From assembly GCA_013203185.1 (NCBI GenBank), contig JABMOS010000028.1, positions 2,292 through 66,291 of the forward strand: 64,000 nt of DNA. The letters are read 5' to 3'. The position numbers and the translations under genes were made by a program. Positions 1 to 9,424 of this stretch are shown here, piece after piece. Source of the stretch: Fidelibacterota bacterium. Its GTDB lineage: Bacteria > Fidelibacterota > UBA8477 > JABMPR01. Position 1 is the first letter of the stretch, and the number at the start of each line of letters is the position of its first letter. The notes beneath the pieces were generated by a model. It was not told where the DNA came from. It worked only from the letters and a program-made list of their open reading frames with translations, and searched no databases.

Positions 1-551
1 CCTGCCAGCGCCTCATCCAGGGCTAAGGAAACAAAATTTCTGGCTCTGGAAATATCCTCGATTTTTGTTGAGCGGATATTGTCAATACCACCTGCGTATA
101 CCAGTTGACCACGAGGGTCAATGATAAACATATGGGGTGTGGTTCGAGCGCCGTATGCCCCTCCCACCTGACCATCTGCATCAACGAGATAGGCAGAGAA
201 GGCAGCATCATGTTCTTTGGCCCTCTTATTGATTTCTTTCGAACTGAAATTACCCTGGTTTCCCGGCGCTGAGGAATTGATTGACAACCAGACGACTCCA
301 CGATCTGTATAGGTTGACTGGAGGGCTTGCATGTTGCCGCTATCATAATGCTTCTTCACAAAAGGACAGTCATAATTGACCCATTCCAAGACCACATACT
401 TGCCACGATACTCTTGAAGCTGATGTGCTTTGCCATTTTGGTCTTTTAAAGAAAAGTCAGGGGCTGTATTTCCCACCATTAGGTCCTGGCTAAAACCTGT
501 AAGGGCAAGTAAAAGACTGAGGACTGAAAGCATGATATGTTTTCGACGCAT
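1..551 (-). CDS. Thioredoxin-fold (redoxin/TlpA-like) periplasmic thiol-disulfide oxidoreductase; 3' end lies outside the window (partial)
   Basis: Minus-strand frame starting at the ATG at 551 reads MRRKHIMLSVLSLLLALTGF... (signal peptide), then ...WVNYDCPFVKKHY... and ...TTPHMFIIDPRGQLVY..., typical of the thioredoxin/redoxin fold with a cis-Pro region. It is missing from the ORF track because no stop codon falls inside the window. The listed 23..346 ORF is in a different frame. Confidence 0.6.
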   Translation of the reverse strand, partial: MRRKHIMLSVLSLLLALTGFSQDLMVGNTAPDFSLKDQNGKAHQLQEYRGKYVVLEWVNYDCPFVKKHYDSGNMQALQSTYTDRGVVWLSINSSAPGNQGNFSSKEINKRAKEHDAAFSAYLVDADGQVGGAYGARTTPHMFIIDPRGQLVYAGGIDNIRSTKIEDISRARNFVSLALDEALA

Positions 552-561
552 GGGTGTCTCC

Positions 562-1314
562 TTATTGTAGTTGTTTATAGATGATTGAATTTGTGGTTTT
601 GGGTCCCGAAGGTGAGGCTCTGTTTTGCACAAGCACACCTTGTAAAGCTTCCGGAATGCTGCTCAAATCATTTTTTAAGGGAAAGATTATCCTTTCCCTT
701 AAAAGTCCTCGCTTGATATGAACAGCTGTGCCAGTGTCGTAAATCATTTCATCAAAAGGGAAAAAATCGGCACTTAGTAGCTTCTGGCTCCAGGGATAAT
801 ATTTTAAGACCAGTTCGAGGTGATCTCCCCTGTGAACGAGTTGCCCCATTACCTCTGGAAAAGCCTGGGGAAAGCTTAGCTGAGCTCGCTCAACCAGATC
901 GGTCCATTCTGCTTTTTCTGAGCCCATTGATTCACCCGGCGGGAGGATAAAATGATGCGTTGAAGACCCTGGTCGGCACAGATCATTGCACTCAAGCCAG
1001 TCGATATGAACTGAGAAACTATTGCTGTCTGCTACCTCATCAGGTGCCTGGATTTTAAAAAGATAGATCGCTTCTTCTTCATGGATGAATGTGGTGATTC
1101 CCTCTTCCATATGTCTGGTTGGTGTAGGCTCGCGCTGACTGATCAGTTGAAAGTTCTCAGGGAGGTTCCACTCAAAACTGGTGGGCATACCGGCATCTCC
1201 TGGATTATGCCAGTAGGTGTGCCAGTCCGGTTCCATGGAAAAGACCACTGCAATTTCGAAGGACCGACCCGGTGTAACTGTCTGTGTAAGGGGAATGACC
1301 TCAACAGAAACCAT
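562..1314 (-). CDS. DsbD N-terminal-domain-like (DsbC/DsbD alpha-type) thiol:disulfide interchange protein; true start is probably upstream, near 1380, at a non-canonical codon
   Basis: The motif HTYWHNPGDAGMPTSFEW resembles the DsbD alpha / DsbD_2 family. In frame upstream of the first ATG sits a textbook signal peptide, ISARLLTVLILINPFVHAANQA, with no ATG/GTG/TTG before it. Confidence 0.5.
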   Translation of the reverse strand: MVSVEVIPLTQTVTPGRSFEIAVVFSMEPDWHTYWHNPGDAGMPTSFEWNLPENFQLISQREPTPTRHMEEGITTFIHEEEAIYLFKIQAPDEVADSNSFSVHIDWLECNDLCRPGSSTHHFILPPGESMGSEKAEWTDLVERAQLSFPQAFPEVMGQLVHRGDHLELVLKYYPWSQKLLSADFFPFDEMIYDTGTAVHIKRGLLRERIIFPLKNDLSSIPEALQGVLVQNRASPSGPKTTNSIIYKQLQ

Positions 1315-1584
1315 GGCCTGGTTTGCAGCGTGAACGAAGGGGTTAATTAAAATCAGAACAGTTAACAGTCGAGCAGAAATGACAAGATCCTCTTCAGTGG
1401 AAGGTTAATAGGTGACAACAAAAGTAACGATAGTTTCTGCCCCTTTGTTCCGCAAGCTAAAGTTGTGATCTAGCTGGGCTATTTTTCCACCGGCAACCCC
1501 CACGGAGTATTAGCCCTGGGCGATGTCCTCCACTATATTGGCAGGAACCCAATTATTTGGACCCAAAAGCCAGGAAAGCCAGCC

Positions 1585-3111
1585 ATGAAACACACCATGC
1601 TATTGATCTTTGTTGCTATAATCCTTGCTGCCTGTGCGGCACCGCAGCCCGTTGTCTTACCTGAGCAACCGGAATCGGAGATTCTTGAATCCAGACATGA
1701 AATTGAAATCCCCAGGGAGTTTCGAGCGGCCTGGGTTGCTACCGTTGCCAATATTGATTGGCCCAGCAAGCCTGGTCTCACTACGGCCGAACAACAGGCC
1801 GAGGCCATTAGCCTGCTGGATAGCGCTGTGATCCTTAATCTCAATGCAATCGTGTTTCAGGTGCGACCCCAATGTGATGCTCTCTATGAGAGTGAGCTGG
1901 AACCCTGGTCTTACTTTCTTACGGGTGAACAAGGCAAGGCACCAGAGCCCTTTTATGATCCGCTAGCGTTTTGGGTAGAAGAATCCCATAAACGCGGGTT
2001 GGAGCTCCATACCTGGTTTAATCCCTATCGCGCCCACCATCCCAATGGCCAGAAAAACGAAACTTCAGTTATCTCCACCCGCCCGGAAATCGTCCATGAA
2101 ATCGATAACGGATACTTCTGGCTGGATCCCTCCATCCAAGCAACCCAGGATTACTCCTATGATGTGGTCATGGATGTGGTGAAACGCTATGATATTGATG
2201 GGGTTCATTTTGATGACTATTTTTACCCCTACAGCAATATTGAATTTCCTGATAGCACCCAATGGCAGACCTACCTGGATAACGGGGGCACCCTTGAAAG
2301 ACACGACTGGCGTCGTGAAGCTGTAAATATTTTTATCAAGCGAGTCTATGAGGGTATTAAAGCTGAAAAGAACTGGGTCAAATTTGGCCTCAGTCCTTTT
2401 GGGATCTGGCGTCCTGGCAATCCACCTTCAATCAAAGGCTATGACCAATATGATAAACTCTATGCAGATGCAAAACTGTGGCTCAACGAGGGTTGGGTAG
2501 ATTATTGGACGCCACAGCTCTACTGGCCCACACGCCAAATTCCCCAGAGTTACCCGGTCTTGCTGGGGTGGTGGGTTGGACAAAATACCCACAGCAGAAA
2601 TATCTGGCCGGGCCTCTTTACCAGCAAGATTAAGGATGAGGCGACTGCCCTTGAAAATTTCAGCCAGATAATGATTACCCGTGGAATGGTTCCTGGCGGG
2701 CCTGGAAATGTCCATTTTTCCATGAAGGCACTCCAGCGTAATTATGGCGGTATCTCAGATATACTTCTAGAAGGTCCATATACCCATCCTGTTCTTATTC
2801 CTGCTTCACCCTGGCTGGATAATCAAGCACCCGCTGCTCCCCTGGTGGAAATTGAACCCAAAGAGGGTAATGTCTACATCAACTGGTTCCATGAAGATGT
2901 GGATGATGTCAACCAATGGGTCATATATTTCCAAAGAGGCAAGCAGTGGGATTACCATATTTTGACTTCAGACAAAGAAGCTTATGTCTTACCCTTGGTA
3001 ATTCGCTCCGAGGATGGCATGACATCACCCAAGTTGTTGGATACTATTGCTGTAACAGCAGTAGACCGTCTGGGTAATGAGAGCGAGAGGGTTTATATTT
3101 CGGTAAGATAG
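1585..3111 (+). CDS. Glycoside-hydrolase-like family 10 (GHL10/YngK, DUF187) lipoprotein
   Basis: Lipobox LAAC at the N-terminus. REFRAAWVATVANIDWPS and HTWFNPY are characteristic of the GHL10 TIM-barrel family. 508 aa. Confidence 0.75.
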   Translation: MKHTMLLIFVAIILAACAAPQPVVLPEQPESEILESRHEIEIPREFRAAWVATVANIDWPSKPGLTTAEQQAEAISLLDSAVILNLNAIVFQVRPQCDALYESELEPWSYFLTGEQGKAPEPFYDPLAFWVEESHKRGLELHTWFNPYRAHHPNGQKNETSVISTRPEIVHEIDNGYFWLDPSIQATQDYSYDVVMDVVKRYDIDGVHFDDYFYPYSNIEFPDSTQWQTYLDNGGTLERHDWRREAVNIFIKRVYEGIKAEKNWVKFGLSPFGIWRPGNPPSIKGYDQYDKLYADAKLWLNEGWVDYWTPQLYWPTRQIPQSYPVLLGWWVGQNTHSRNIWPGLFTSKIKDEATALENFSQIMITRGMVPGGPGNVHFSMKALQRNYGGISDILLEGPYTHPVLIPASPWLDNQAPAAPLVEIEPKEGNVYINWFHEDVDDVNQWVIYFQRGKQWDYHILTSDKEAYVLPLVIRSEDGMTSPKLLDTIAVTAVDRLGNESERVYISVR

Positions 3112-3156
3112 TTTCTATCTGCCTTTCGATAGCTATAATCCAGGCACGGGGAACCC

Positions 3157-4104
3157 ATGATTTCGATTTCACATCTCAGAAAAACTTTTGGAGATCTGGT
3201 TGCCGTTGATGACCTGTCCCTTACCATAAATAAAGGTGAGATTCTAGGCCTCCTGGGCCCCAACGGTGCCGGAAAAACCACTATAATTCGCATGCTGTGT
3301 GCCTTACTGGAATCAGATGGGGGGGAGATTCAATGGGAGTCCTCTGCCACCCTATCAGAACTGGTGGGGTTTTGCCCCCAGGAAAATCTGTATTGGCCGC
3401 GACTCACTTGTCTGGAACAACTGGTTTTTCTGGGAAAAATGCACGGCATGTCAGCTGATTCGGCCAATAATCGAGCCATTGAATTACTCAAGATGCTGGG
3501 CTTGTCAGGAAAGTCTGACGTGTATGCCTCCAAGCTTTCAGGTGGTATGCAGCGCCGATTGAATATCGCTCTGGCCTTGATCCACGATCCACCGGTTCTT
3601 ATCTTGGATGAACCAGAGGCCGGGCTGGACCCCCAGAGTCGCATCCTGGTTCGAGATCTTATTCACTCTCTCGCCAAACAAAAAACAATCATCATAACCA
3701 CCCATAATATGGATGAAGCAGAGCGCTTATCTGATCGTGTTGCCATTATTGATCATGGAAAACTGCTCCAGGTCGGCAGTGTCGACTCTCTGAAGGAACT
3801 GTTGGGATCCGGGGATTGCCTGGAGTGCCGATTTGAGACCGATCTGGAATTTCTGCTGATAGAAAAATCCACCGAGGCGACTCAGTTCATAGCTGATGTG
3901 AACCATGTCCTGGGCCAAGCACCTGAAACCACCTCTGTGGTGCAGCATCAGTTAATCATCAGACCTTTTCAACACCTTGAAAAGCTATCTAATTTGACTG
4001 ATCTGGCAAAAAAACACGGACTGGAAATTGGGGATATCCAACTCCGAAAAACCACCCTGGAAGATGTCTTTATTCACCTCACAGGAAGAGCACTGAGAGA
4101 ATGA
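3157..4104 (+). CDS. ABC transporter ATP-binding protein (ABC-2 exporter type)
   Basis: Walker A GPNGAGKTT, signature LSGGMQRRL, Walker B ILDEPEAGLD, H-loop TTHNMDEAE. Confidence 0.92.
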   Translation: MISISHLRKTFGDLVAVDDLSLTINKGEILGLLGPNGAGKTTIIRMLCALLESDGGEIQWESSATLSELVGFCPQENLYWPRLTCLEQLVFLGKMHGMSADSANNRAIELLKMLGLSGKSDVYASKLSGGMQRRLNIALALIHDPPVLILDEPEAGLDPQSRILVRDLIHSLAKQKTIIITTHNMDEAERLSDRVAIIDHGKLLQVGSVDSLKELLGSGDCLECRFETDLEFLLIEKSTEATQFIADVNHVLGQAPETTSVVQHQLIIRPFQHLEKLSNLTDLAKKHGLEIGDIQLRKTTLEDVFIHLTGRALRE

Positions 4105-5252
4105 TCTGGGCCATCTTCACAAAAAGCGTAAAAGAGCAGCTCCGCAATTTCTGGATACTTATCCTGACGCTGTCCATGGCGCCCTTCTTTGTCTTTGTCT
4201 ATTTTTTGATCAACGAAGCCAGTCAGCCTCACTACCAGGTACGCATGCTAAACCTGGATGAAGGATTCCATGTTCTCGGGGAGGAGATCAATCTGGGAGA
4301 TGATCTACTACCAGAACTTCAGACATATATTGGCAGTGTGGACAACATTCCTTTAAGCCTCAAATCCTCAGAGTCTCGGGTTGGTGCCATTAAGGAAATT
4401 GAATCTCATAAAGCCCATGTTCTTGTGGTGATTCCTCCCGATTTCAGCCAGACCATTTTAGCTGATTCATCCACTACTCCAGTTATTGAAATTGTGGGCA
4501 ATCTCACCAGTACAGGCTACTTAATCTCAGCGGTCTGGGTAGGCGAGATGCTCAATGATTTTATGGCTCAACAGACAGGAAGGGGTCGGCTCTTCGTGGT
4601 GCAGGAAACAGCTCTTGGGCTATCAGACCAGGTTGATGAGTTCGAACTCTGGATGCCTGGCATGCTCATCCTCTCAATTATCATGCTCATGTTTTCAGCC
4701 ACCATAGCCATTATTGTTGAAGTCGATCAAGGGACTATCCTGAGATTAAAATTGTCTGGCATGAAAGCCGGGCAGTTTCTGGTAGGGGTAGGAGCCAGTC
4801 AGGTATTGGTGGGGATTATTGCCATATTTCTCACGCTGGGTGCAGCAATATCCCTGGGCTTTGAAATGCGAGGGGCTTTCTCATCCTTTTTGTTGATTAC
4901 TCTCCTCACCAGTGTGAGCATGATTGCCTTTAGCTTAATTCTGGCTGCAGCAACACGTTCAGTTACCGATGTATTGGTGGTGGGCAATTTTCCCCTCTTT
5001 TTGTTTATGTTTTTCTCCGGAGCAGCCTTTCCAATATCCACGAATACATGGTTTTATATAGGCGACTATGGCGTTAGCTGGCAATCTTTCATGTCAGCAG
5101 CACCAGCAATTTCAGCCCTTCAAAAAATCAGTATTATGGGTGTTGGGCTGGAAGATGTCAGAGGAGAACTGCTGGCGTTGACATGTATGACCGCGGTCTA
5201 CTTTGTGATTGGGCTCTGGGGTTTTCAACGACGCCACCTACGAACCAATTAA
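4101..5252 (+). CDS. ABC-2 family transporter permease
   Basis: N-terminal TM helix, large extracytoplasmic loop, then 5-6 C-terminal TM helices. The start overlaps the upstream ATPase stop by 4 nt (translational coupling). Confidence 0.8.
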   Translation: MIWAIFTKSVKEQLRNFWILILTLSMAPFFVFVYFLINEASQPHYQVRMLNLDEGFHVLGEEINLGDDLLPELQTYIGSVDNIPLSLKSSESRVGAIKEIESHKAHVLVVIPPDFSQTILADSSTTPVIEIVGNLTSTGYLISAVWVGEMLNDFMAQQTGRGRLFVVQETALGLSDQVDEFELWMPGMLILSIIMLMFSATIAIIVEVDQGTILRLKLSGMKAGQFLVGVGASQVLVGIIAIFLTLGAAISLGFEMRGAFSSFLLITLLTSVSMIAFSLILAAATRSVTDVLVVGNFPLFLFMFFSGAAFPISTNTWFYIGDYGVSWQSFMSAAPAISALQKISIMGVGLEDVRGELLALTCMTAVYFVIGLWGFQRRHLRTN

Positions 5253-5256
5253 TGTA

Positions 5257-5937
5257 TTAGGGAGTATGGGCCAGGGCAGAAGGCGTCTGGCACCCCACAA
5301 TGGCAGGCGCTTCCTGAATCAAATTATCCTTAACCATTGCATCTACCATAAATAAGGCAAAATCAATACGTCGGGTCTTGTTACTCTCCAGGATGGGATC
5401 ACCAATATGATGGCTCCAGACTGGTAACCCCTGGCTTTCACCCTCTTCTAGATCACTGCCACGGACCACCGTCCATTTGGTATCACTTTCAAAGATACGG
5501 CGACAGGCTTCGACCTGGTCATCAATCTCAAGCGCACGGAAAAAACGACCAATTTTGGCTGCAATACTTACCATGACTTTAAACAGGGAGGAGTATACAT
5601 CTTCGCCATCTCTAGTGATATGCCAGCCACAGGAAAAAATGAGGCGGGCGCCTGGTTTGGCGAAATCCAGAACGGCCTGGGCGGTTCCAGAAGCATATTG
5701 TTGAATACCCCAGGGTACCAGGACCGTGAGGACACCATCACAACCCTCTACTGCCTGCTTGATAAGATCTCTGTCATTGGTGGCTCCTGGGAGAAGGGTC
5801 ATCTTATCCTTATACTCATCAAGCTTGACCACGCTTTTTTGCCGACATACTCCCACTACTTCATAATCGAGATCCAGACAATGCTGAACCATATATTTTC
5901 CCAGTTTTCCGGATGCCCCAACGATACAGATCTTCAT
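5257..5937 (-). CDS. NAD(P)H-binding oxidoreductase (atypical SDR / NmrA-like)
   Basis: N-terminal Rossmann motif MKICIVGASGKLGKYMV. Confidence 0.7.
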   Translation of the reverse strand: MKICIVGASGKLGKYMVQHCLDLDYEVVGVCRQKSVVKLDEYKDKMTLLPGATNDRDLIKQAVEGCDGVLTVLVPWGIQQYASGTAQAVLDFAKPGARLIFSCGWHITRDGEDVYSSLFKVMVSIAAKIGRFFRALEIDDQVEACRRIFESDTKWTVVRGSDLEEGESQGLPVWSHHIGDPILESNKTRRIDFALFMVDAMVKDNLIQEAPAIVGCQTPSALAHTP

Positions 5938-6091
5938 ATATACTCCTGAACAGAACGGTTGACATTATATGCGTAAATTAGACGCATTCATTAAAAGTAG
6001 GGCCATAAATCGCCCTACAGATGAAGGATGGCAGAAATTAATTGAAGACTGACCCAAAATGTGATGATGTGGTTAAATACATCGATTGAGT

Positions 6092-7036
6092 TCAATCTGT
6101 ATCAGAAATCAACCAGTGAATAATATTAAGGACGAGTTGCTTGTTATCATAGCCACCATAATTAAATCCAGCCCGCATGGTTTTGAAAAATATCCTCACC
6201 TCTTGAGCCGTAAACATGGCTGCCTCTCCAGCAATGACCATCCTGCCATCACCGTATTTGCAGGCAATAAGTTGAGATTGTCCTGGCACTGGGAAATAAG
6301 TTGAAGTATCCGCTGATACCATGGAGGCATCAGCCCTGGTGTAATAATTTCTGGCTGAATCTGAAAGCTGCAAAATGGATGTCCAGGTGGAATCAAAACT
6401 CAGGGACTGACCCGTAAAGGTTATCACCTGCTGGATTGGCATGCCATTTTTGATGATGGCGTGGTTACCCAGGCCTCCGTTTTCCTGGCTGTATTCCAAC
6501 CAAGTGGACTTGCCAATTTCAGGGTTTTGTCTTAATGTGTCCACCGTCCAGACACTTTCCATCCCAACACCTACTGCTTTGGCCAAATCCGCAGCGGCAC
6601 TGCCAAAAGGGTCATGGTCAGCGATGAGGAGGAGTGATCCGCCCTGGTTAACCCATGAGAGGAGGACCTCAATTTCGCTATTAGAAAAGGCACTTGTCAT
6701 TCCACCATCTTTTAGCTCCTCGCCAGTGGCATTTGCAATAATAAGCAATTCAACATGCTGGAGAGCTATTTGTGTAAATTGACCTTCATGGGTTGTGAGG
6801 TCGATGCCATCATTTTTGAGTAGGGTAGCGAAGGGTTGATAGGTGGAGTAAATATCATGAAAATTCCCATGACCAGCATCAAACACAACAACCGGGGGGT
6901 TCTCAGGTTTGAAAGCAGGGAGGCTGACCGACATATCAGTTTCCATATCTGGTCTCTGATAAACACAGGAAGCAAAGATTAAGAGTAGTATCAGTAACTG
7001 AGGCAATCGCTTTATTTCCATGTGTTTCCCCTTCAA
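6092..7036 (-). CDS. Secreted hypothetical protein, possibly a class-I glutamine-amidotransferase-like (DUF4350-like) fold
   Basis: Signal peptide LLILLLIFASCVY. Motifs VVVFDAGHGNF and LLLIADHDPFG suggest a flavodoxin-like/GATase1-like fold. No specific family was recognised. Confidence 0.35.
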   Translation of the reverse strand: MKGKHMEIKRLPQLLILLLIFASCVYQRPDMETDMSVSLPAFKPENPPVVVFDAGHGNFHDIYSTYQPFATLLKNDGIDLTTHEGQFTQIALQHVELLIIANATGEELKDGGMTSAFSNSEIEVLLSWVNQGGSLLLIADHDPFGSAAADLAKAVGVGMESVWTVDTLRQNPEIGKSTWLEYSQENGGLGNHAIIKNGMPIQQVITFTGQSLSFDSTWTSILQLSDSARNYYTRADASMVSADTSTYFPVPGQSQLIACKYGDGRMVIAGEAAMFTAQEVRIFFKTMRAGFNYGGYDNKQLVLNIIHWLISDTD

Positions 7037-7259
7037 TGCGTATGTTGAATTTTTTGACGTTTAATTAAGAAGGTCAAAATTTATACCACAAGTGGATATC
7101 ATGTTATATAGTCAATAAGATCAATTGCTTGTCAAGTCTCTGAATAGAAATAATGAAGGCATAAATGTATGGTTATGATATAATCTATATACTTTACATA
7201 TTGGGGAACAGTTTATGGAGCGCGGCGATTCCCTGCACTGCCCTTAAAACTTCCCAGGT

Positions 7260-7691
7260 CTACAAATCGGTCAGCACCCATCTTTCCAGAGTTGTTTTGG
7301 CCTTTTGTGTGAGGGGGTGGCTTTTTCCGGTCTTGTCTAGAACCTGAACACTTACAGATTCAGCTTCGGCGACGCACTCCCCATTCTGGTGTAATTGCTG
7401 AAATAGATGTATTGAACTATTCCCAATCTTGATGATACCAGTACCAACTTCTACAGTGCCAGGCCAGTTTATTTCTTTCAAAAAGGTAATTTTAACTGAA
7501 GCAGCTACAAAGCTTGATTTCTCATCAAGGATGACATGCTCTCTGCTGTAAAGGATCTCCACACGTCCTGTTTCAAAAAATGTGGCAAATTTGGCATTGT
7601 TGACATGCCCCTGTCGATCTGTATCTCCATAACGAATCTTGTCGTAGGATTGCAGGGGAAAATCGCTCAGTGACATCTCTCTCATCTTCAC
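7260..7691 (-). CDS. Acyl-CoA thioesterase (4HBT / YbgC-like hotdog fold)
   Basis: The motif RYGDTDRQGHVNNAKF is the hallmark of 4HBT thioesterases. Confidence 0.8.
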   Translation of the reverse strand: MKMREMSLSDFPLQSYDKIRYGDTDRQGHVNNAKFATFFETGRVEILYSREHVILDEKSSFVAASVKITFLKEINWPGTVEVGTGIIKIGNSSIHLFQQLHQNGECVAEAESVSVQVLDKTGKSHPLTQKAKTTLERWVLTDL

Positions 7692-7712
7692 ACCTTTCCT
7701 TTTTTTCAGTAT

Positions 7713-8060
7713 TCATCTTAATTTTGGTTTTTTAGGTGGTAAGGATTTCACGAAATCAACACAAGTATTAATCCAGGATGCCAATTCCGAGTCAGAATCC
7801 AGCCCCTCAGGGGAGACATAAACCATTCCCTTCATGGCTTTCCCTGTAAAATCCATTTCGCCTGCATATTCCATACTCAGACACTTTTCATAGTTGACAG
7901 GTCCAACCCGCGCCATGAGGGTGTCTTTAATAATACCACAGGCCATGTGATCAGAGACCATGAAGCAAAGCCCCCCAAACATTTTCTTTTCTTCCACATC
8001 AGGTCGCCCATGTAAAATCTCTCGGATTCGTTCAGCCAAACCTTCATCATATGCCATCAA
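7713..8060 (-). CDS. TfoX N-terminal domain protein
   Basis: 115 aa. KMFGGLCFMV followed by a conserved G...Y pattern fits TfoX_N. Confidence 0.6.
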   Translation of the reverse strand: MMAYDEGLAERIREILHGRPDVEEKKMFGGLCFMVSDHMACGIIKDTLMARVGPVNYEKCLSMEYAGEMDFTGKAMKGMVYVSPEGLDSDSELASWINTCVDFVKSLPPKKPKLR

Positions 8061-8169
8061 ATCACCTCACCTCAAAATCATTAAATCGTAATCTATACAG
8101 GCTGGTCAAAGAGGATGGGATTCCCTTCGGGGTCCAGCTGTATAAAACACAATCTATTTCAATAGACTC

Positions 8170-8186
8170 ATGACAACAAGTGTCAT
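8170..8186. promoter_or_regulatory. Perfect palindrome ATGACA-N5-TGTCAT in the divergent tfoX / J-domain-gene intergenic region; candidate operator
   Basis: Read directly in the sequence. A third TGTCAT half-site sits at 8203..8208. Confidence 0.3.
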
Positions 8187-8341
8187 TTATTCAACTCATC
8201 CTGTCATGGAAAATGAGGCCTTCATATCAGAAGCAAACCCAAAATTATCAAAGATATGCTCTAGATTATTGAGTATCACCTGAATATCTTGCAGGCCGTA
8301 CACGAAAGTTATTCACGCACTTGAAAGGGTAAGCGACATCC

Positions 8342-9424
8342 ATGGCCAGTAAAGGCATGAAAATAGCCGAAGCACTCAAACATCTTGGTGTTGATAAATC
8401 TTCCGATGCCAATGATGTCAAGCAAGCCTATCGTGATTTGGCTAAAATCTGGCACCCCGATCGCTTTCAAAATGATGAACGGGTGGGCGCCAAGGCCGAA
8501 GCCCAGATCAAGATTATCAATGAAGCCAAAACCGTGGCACTGGCTTATATTGAGAAATATGGTCACTTCCGTCATGTCAAAGACGAAAATGCTGGAGCGG
8601 GAATGGGGTTTGAACCACCCAAACCGCCACCCAGATACCGCCAGGAGCAGGCCAGGCCACGACCTAGACCGCAGCCAGAACCTGAACCTGAACCACCACC
8701 TAAAAAGGAACCACCCAAGCCACCGCCGAAGCGACCCAAACCACCACCTCGGGCCAAGCAGCAAACTGAACCGGAACCTGACATTTTTGAAGAAAGCATG
8801 TCCTTTGGCGATTTTGTGCCTGGTTCGACGGCCATCTTTGTGGCTGCCATTTTGATTGTTCTTGTGGGTTTCTTTTTCATGCTGGGGTCATCTCTTTTTG
8901 ATTCACCAGTTGATCGCTATAAACAATTTACCGAGAAGACCAACTTGGAAACGGCTGCTAAGGTCGAGGCCCTTAAGAGAAAGGAGGCTGAACAAACCAG
9001 AGCTAAAGCCGCAGAAAAAAGAGAGGAACCCAAGACGGAAGCGGTCGTCTTAGATACCTTTTTTACCCTGGGATCAGACAAGGAGTGGGTGTCAACGGTA
9101 CAAGGACCGCCCGTTCAAATTAGGGGCCCAGAGTGGCGTTATGGGTTTTCCACGGTTCAGTTTGATGGCAATAAGGTGATTTCGTGGACATCATCCGAAT
9201 TGAATCCCCTGAAAGTTGGAATCATCCTGGACCCCAAACGCTTTTACTCTGAACGATATTTTGGTGTAGGCTCAAGACGTGATGAAGTGGCTGCTATCCA
9301 GGGCGCCCCGGATATCATCCAGCCCGATAAATGGACATATGGCGATGCCTGGATTGAGTTCGATGGCGATACTGTAGTTTCCTGGCAAAATGATGCTTCC
9401 ATCCGTCTCGCCATACGTTATTAA
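8342..9424 (+). CDS. J-domain (DnaJ-like) membrane protein with a Pro-rich PEPEPEP linker and two periplasmic BamE/SmpA-OmlA-like repeats
   Basis: N-terminal J domain DVKQAYRDLAKIWHPDRF. Pro/Glu low-complexity region. TM helix AIFVAAILIVLVGFFFML. Two C-terminal repeats, GPPVQIRGPEWRYGFSTVQFDGNKVISW and GAPDIIQPDKWTYGDAWIEFDGDTVVSW. Confidence 0.7.
   Translation: MASKGMKIAEALKHLGVDKSSDANDVKQAYRDLAKIWHPDRFQNDERVGAKAEAQIKIINEAKTVALAYIEKYGHFRHVKDENAGAGMGFEPPKPPPRYRQEQARPRPRPQPEPEPEPPPKKEPPKPPPKRPKPPPRAKQQTEPEPDIFEESMSFGDFVPGSTAIFVAAILIVLVGFFFMLGSSLFDSPVDRYKQFTEKTNLETAAKVEALKRKEAEQTRAKAAEKREEPKTEAVVLDTFFTLGSDKEWVSTVQGPPVQIRGPEWRYGFSTVQFDGNKVISWTSSELNPLKVGIILDPKRFYSERYFGVGSRRDEVAAIQGAPDIIQPDKWTYGDAWIEFDGDTVVSWQNDASIRLAIRY

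Noticed and set aside
23-346. 107-aa minus-strand ORF from the track
   Set aside because: It is in the wrong frame. The same region read in another minus-strand frame gives a coherent signal-peptide thioredoxin-fold protein running from 551 to the window edge.
1315-1584. Possible tRNA or ncRNA in the 270-bp gap upstream of the GHL10 gene
   Set aside because: No cloverleaf-compatible acceptor/T-arm pattern was recognised by eye. Part of the gap is better explained as the signal-peptide extension of the DsbD-N-like gene.
8309-8880. Several overlapping ORFs on both strands (8309..8764, 8385..8855, 8572..8880)
   Set aside because: They are artefacts of the GC/Pro-codon-rich low-complexity segment of the J-domain protein gene. 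Their translations are Gly/Pro/Arg low-complexity without domain features.
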